This document shows positions 32,752 through 36,427 of a DNA stretch of 36,427 nt, in pieces. The notes below the pieces were generated by a model that was not told the DNA's origin, made no database searches, and was given only the letters and a program-made list of their open reading frames with translations. Origin of the DNA: a virus; the IMG/VR virus record IMGVR_UViG_3300005613_000203, positions 1 to 36,427 of that record. One strand, written 5' to 3'. Within the stretch, counting starts at the first letter, position 1, and every line of letters begins with the position of its first letter. The position numbers and the translations under genes are program-made.

Positions 32752-35196
32752 TTAGAAAAAATGGTTATTATCCTGAAACGCTGGAGGCAAATTCGCTTGA
32801 TTTCCATAAACCGTTTCTCTATAGCGACGCTCCAGAGCTTCAGGGTCAGCTGTATTTCTTAATTTAGGCAACGAAACGCAGAGGTAGCGAACACAATCGC
32901 AAAAATCGCTGTGACTATTGTGTAATGGTTTATTTTTATAAACCTGAAGTTTTGAGTCATATTCTTTTCGATAATCTCTAAGAGCCGTAATAAGCCGCTT
33001 ACATCTTTCTTCGTCAATATGTATACGAGGCAATGTTGTTCGTACGGCTTCAATGCCATCAATAATAGAAATGTTTGGTGCAATCATAAACTTTATTCCA
33101 AGCTGCGCAGCCTTTTCTAGTCGAGTAAGGCCACCAGCAGTAAATTCACGAACTTGTATGTCATGTGGGGCAATATGTTTACCCCAAGTGTAAGGCTTAG
33201 ATTGAATAACATTAATATAATGTTCAAGCCCAACCTCAGATTTATAATACATATCAATAATGTGGACTGCGTTTCCAATTACTTGAAACATGATAATAAC
33301 GGTCTGATCTCTCATGCCAAGATCCCAGGCAGTGTGAACAGGAAAGTTTGGCTCCCAGTCTACGGTGCCAACCTGATGATTAAGCTCCATATTATTAAGG
33401 TATTTAGCATAGTAAGCACCAAGGGCGCCAGTGGAGTAACTACAATAGTATTCTTGTCTGGCCATATCCTCTGATATCTCACCAGACTCAATCTCTCTGC
33501 GTATCTCTTCCTCGGAAATATGCTGTGTATCATTAACTGTTAAGAGGGTTGAATACCATTCATCTGGATTGTCTTGAGCTATCCGGTACAAAGTGTGGAA
33601 GAAGTTTTCCCCGTTAGGTGTACTTATGAAGATTATCCATCCGTTATTAGCCAATAAAATTGGCCGGATTGTTGGGTATACCTGTGGGTGCGAATAAGCT
33701 GCCTCACTCACAACAACTCCAACTGGATTTTGTCCACGCAAAGAATCGAACGATTCGCTGCCTAGAAAGATGATGCTTGATCCATTCTTGAATTCAATAA
33801 GCATCTGCTGTCTGTTAATACGCTTTATAAGTTCATCTGGAATAAAATCAGAAAAACGTCTTCCTTCGGAGGTCATTCCTTCAAATAAAACGCGACGTGC
33901 TTGTACAGCAGTTGGAAGCAGGTAATAGTAAAGGCCTACTCGCTTAAGCGCGGCTCGGATCATAAGGTTAAAACATACTACGTCCTTGCCGGAGTTATGA
34001 ACCAAGTATCCATTGGCAACAAAATTGTGATGGCGTGCCGTTTCTAGATCGTAAAGCTTTTCACGACCTAATTTTTCCACAGTATGACAAGAACGATAAC
34101 ATCCTTTAAAAACCTTCTGAGGATTTTTGGATTGTTTATTAACAAGGTTGAGCAACTCTTCTTGTTTTTTTTCTTTGCCATACACTCTCACCCCCGTTAA
34201 TAGTTTTTTTATTGCCCACCCCTTGCCTATCTTGATCTTCCAGTTACTCCCGCGTTCTAGATAAGGTATTTGCGAAAGAATGCCATACTTTCTCAGGAGC
34301 CAATACATATCCCATGCATACTCATAGGATCGACCGCAACTTAGTGTAACTTCTAATCCAGGGGGCACCTCACGACCTTCTATGGAAAAACCATTTTTAT
34401 GAATATAGATATTGCCATCACACGAGATAATTGCAGCAAAAAATCGCTGTATTGAATAAAAATCTAACGTCCATATATAAGAAGGAAGCCGCTGAATTGA
34501 TTTTTGTATATCGAGACCTTCGTTGCGAAAAAGTTCTTTAATCTCATTGCGAAAGGTTCCGCCTCCGCGCGTACCATTTGAAAAACCTAGGTCAAAGCCA
34601 CTCCCTTTGCGACGCCATAAGGGGATCACGTTAAACAGTTTTTGCGCAAGAAATGCAACCCGCTCAAGAATAACCATATTATTATTAGTAAACTTAGGTT
34701 GCTGGTACCCTACAACATATCCATCAGATAATAAGTATCCCCATAATTCAGCAAGATCGCCATCGCGCTTGTCCGATGATATTCCAGCATAATTAAGAAG
34801 TAAACGTCGCCATGTTATATCTTGAAGTTTATCCCATCGTACACAAGGAGTTGAGCTTGATGTATGCGCAAATTTATGATCATACGAAGTAATAAGTGGC
34901 AAATATCCAGGAGACCGCACCTTATACGTCTCCTTTTCTTCGGTTTGCCAAATATCTTTTACCACATCTTCAACAAACTTCTCACCATCCCAAGAAAGAA
35001 CGCGATCTCCAACCTTAATATCTTTAAGACACTTATAGGACCCGTTACTCATAGTTATATGAGCCTCTCCAGACAAACACCTGCGAGGTGCCACAATAAC
35101 CATTTTCTTATACCCAGACTCAAACGCACGGCAGATCTCGCGTTGGTATATTCTGGGCACGAAGCGATTAAGCTTGATTGTTGTCTCTATTCCCAT
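32752..35196 (-). CDS. terL: Terminase large subunit precursor (intein-containing; 452-aa extein)
   Basis: The exteins join as ...VIVAPRR|SGKDVV... (Walker A). The C-terminal nuclease-like region follows. Position after the small terminase. Confidence 0.8.
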   Translation of the reverse strand: MGIETTIKLNRFVPRIYQREICRAFESGYKKMVIVAPRRCLSGEAHITMSNGSYKCLKDIKVGDRVLSWDGEKFVEDVVKDIWQTEEKETYKVRSPGYLPLITSYDHKFAHTSSSTPCVRWDKLQDITWRRLLLNYAGISSDKRDGDLAELWGYLLSDGYVVGYQQPKFTNNNMVILERVAFLAQKLFNVIPLWRRKGSGFDLGFSNGTRGGGTFRNEIKELFRNEGLDIQKSIQRLPSYIWTLDFYSIQRFFAAIISCDGNIYIHKNGFSIEGREVPPGLEVTLSCGRSYEYAWDMYWLLRKYGILSQIPYLERGSNWKIKIGKGWAIKKLLTGVRVYGKEKKQEELLNLVNKQSKNPQKVFKGCYRSCHTVEKLGREKLYDLETARHHNFVANGYLVHNSGKDVVCFNLMIRAALKRVGLYYYLLPTAVQARRVLFEGMTSEGRRFSDFIPDELIKRINRQQMLIEFKNGSSIIFLGSESFDSLRGQNPVGVVVSEAAYSHPQVYPTIRPILLANNGWIIFISTPNGENFFHTLYRIAQDNPDEWYSTLLTVNDTQHISEEEIRREIESGEISEDMARQEYYCSYSTGALGAYYAKYLNNMELNHQVGTVDWEPNFPVHTAWDLGMRDQTVIIMFQVIGNAVHIIDMYYKSEVGLEHYINVIQSKPYTWGKHIAPHDIQVREFTAGGLTRLEKAAQLGIKFMIAPNISIIDGIEAVRTTLPRIHIDEERCKRLITALRDYRKEYDSKLQVYKNKPLHNSHSDFCDCVRYLCVSLPKLRNTADPEALERRYRETVYGNQANLPPAFQDNNHFF
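33994..35079 (-). mobile_element. Intein (362 aa) with LAGLIDADG homing endonuclease domain, inserted in the TerL Walker A loop
   Basis: Block A is CLSGEAHITM...VGDRVLS and block B is ITSYDHKF. LAGLIDADG motifs are LWGYLLSDGYVV and FFAAIISCDGNIY. C-terminus is YDLETARHHNFVANGYLVHN, followed by the +1 Ser. Confidence 0.85.
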
Positions 35197-35527
35197 CTTC
35201 TTTGCACCCTACGCATCCACATTCCTTATATACGCCATCTTTAAGCGACCTCCGGTATCCATCTTCAATCGCATCAAGAAACTTCGTCTCTGCGGGAAAT
35301 TGAGCACGAGCCATCCCAAAGAACGGAGCCATTACATACGTAAGTAAATTAATATTACCTAAAAGAACCCACGCTTTTTGCGCTTTATCACCCTTCTCAT
35401 CCCACTCCTCCTTGGTTAAATTAAGCCCCTCAAGCTCAACAGATGCCTCATGTATCCCCCTCATGCACGTTATCATTACATGCAACAACTTCTTGCGTAA
35501 ATCACGCGCACTATTTCTCTTTGCCAT
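35168..35527 (-). CDS. Hypothetical protein (119 aa)
   Basis: ORF between the small and large terminase genes. Overlaps the terL start by 29 nt. Confidence 0.45.
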   Translation of the reverse strand: MAKRNSARDLRKKLLHVMITCMRGIHEASVELEGLNLTKEEWDEKGDKAQKAWVLLGNINLLTYVMAPFFGMARAQFPAETKFLDAIEDGYRRSLKDGVYKECGCVGCKEDGNRDNNQA

Positions 35528-35535
35528 ACTATTTC

Positions 35536-36114
35536 CTAAAACTGCTTTGGAACAATCGTTCTTCTCTTAACTTCACGAGCAACTTCCTCCGGACTTTTTG
35601 AAGATCTGAGTGTAACCGACTCAGATTTTGTGAGCGTATCATCATCAAATGGGGCCATAACTACTGTAATATTGCCTCCCTTATCATTCTCTTTTTGTTT
35701 AAGCGACTCTCTCCACTCAATTCCCTGCTTCCATCTCTTGCTATAGTGAGCCATTGACTGGCTTACCAGTCCAGAGTCATATTTACGTGTTAAGCCACCT
35801 CGTTCTCTTCTGTTACCAATGGCAAGCAGTGCAACATCATGAGCTCTCTGAGCCTGTGGGTACTTCTTAACCCATTTATAATAGCTATCAGGTGACAATC
35901 CACGTTTAAGGTAGAAATCTTCAAGGGTAAGCATTTCTTTGTCATTGTAAGCTTCTTTAACGAGGTCAGAAAAGAGTCTATCTATGAACCCCTCTGAAAC
36001 GGGAACTTGTTTAAAATGGAACATGTCGAAGTATTCATCGATAATGCGTATAGGAGGCTTTCTGTCTTTACGTTCGATGGGTTTTTTATTTTTCTTCGTG
36101 CTATTTTGAGGCAT
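35536..36114 (-). CDS. terS: Terminase small subunit (putative)
   Basis: 192 aa with a basic N-terminus. ...YYKWVKKYPQAQRAHDVALLAIGNRRERGGL... is an HTH-like region typical of small terminases. Lies upstream of terL. Confidence 0.5.
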   Translation of the reverse strand: MPQNSTKKNKKPIERKDRKPPIRIIDEYFDMFHFKQVPVSEGFIDRLFSDLVKEAYNDKEMLTLEDFYLKRGLSPDSYYKWVKKYPQAQRAHDVALLAIGNRRERGGLTRKYDSGLVSQSMAHYSKRWKQGIEWRESLKQKENDKGGNITVVMAPFDDDTLTKSESVTLRSSKSPEEVAREVKRRTIVPKQF

Positions 36115-36427
36115 TTATCTCCCTTAGGGTAATGGAGGTACGCGGTTCATAGTCATATATTTTTTTTGCAGATATTGAGGAAATTATGCAGTCGTCAGTA
36201 TAAAGTATTCCATTTGAAATATCTGCAACGAACTTGATCAGGTTGTCCAAATCAGGCTTGTAATAATGGTAATCGAATTGATGTTTGTAAGGTTTTCTGC
36301 GGTTATGCGGCAGTTCTATATAAAAGATAAGGTCCATGTGAAGAGGTCCTTTGAAGAAAGGTTTTTCTTGATGTTGTTGTGTAAGAGAAATACCGCTCAC
36401 GAGTTTAACTTCTTTCTGAGAGTCCCA
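36101..36427 (-). CDS. rusA: RusA-family Holliday junction resolvase, 3' part. Open at the window end; the true start is at 198 after wrap-around.
   Basis: The ORF contains ...HMDLIFYIELP...KPDLDNLIKFVADISNGILYTDDCII..., a RusA-like KPDxDNLxK / DD catalytic region. The joined product is about 133 aa. Confidence 0.8.
   Translation of the reverse strand, partial: WDSQKEVKLVSGISLTQQHQEKPFFKGPLHMDLIFYIELPHNRRKPYKHQFDYHYYKPDLDNLIKFVADISNGILYTDDCIISSISAKKIYDYEPRTSITLREINASK
36305..36427. repeat. Terminal direct repeat, right copy (identical to 1..123)
   Basis: Same 123-nt string as 1..123. Confidence 0.95.

Noticed and set aside
1-36427. tRNA genes, an integrase/attP, or a CI repressor indicating a temperate lifestyle
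   Set aside because: No cloverleaf-like sequence, tyrosine or serine recombinase motif, or long HTH-peptidase repressor was recognised by eye. This is absence of evidence only; tRNAscan-SE and HMM searches should confirm it.

Overview
This window looks like a complete tailed dsDNA phage genome of about 36.3 kb. The first 123 bp (1..123) are identical to the last 123 bp (36305..36427). The unit length is therefore 36,304 bp, and the contig is either circularly closed or terminally redundant. A RusA-type resolvase gene runs across the junction.

Almost all genes are on the minus strand. Read in the direction of transcription, the order is:
- Cro/XRE-like regulator, wHTH replication-initiator-like protein and RusA.
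- Small terminase, then large terminase, which carries an intein.
- A secreted-protein moron, then portal.
- Small basic proteins, scaffold and an M15 endolysin.
- Major capsid protein, split by two introns, followed by further structural proteins.
- A tail tubular/nozzle-like protein, then Gly/Gln-rich internal (ejection-like) proteins.
- A 1178-aa repeat fibre, three more fibre genes and small accessory genes.

Short plus-strand cassettes interrupt this layout: a Zn-ribbon protein, ERF recombinase and a hypothetical protein at 2337..3419; an RHH-led cassette at 14263..15089; and an HNH endonuclease at 26496..27146.

I recognised no tape measure, sheath, DNA polymerase, integrase or CI-type repressor, which fits a short-tailed (podovirus-like) virion. 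The host cannot be determined from the sequence.

The strongest signal is a heavy load of self-splicing and homing elements:
- Two small, related, ORF-less group I introns interrupt the major capsid gene and are separated by a 42-nt micro-exon.
- A LAGLIDADG-containing intein sits in the Walker A loop of the large terminase.
- There are two free-standing HNH endonuclease genes, one directly beside the intron-bearing capsid gene.

All functional calls rest on motif recognition by eye. No database search or RNA folding was run.
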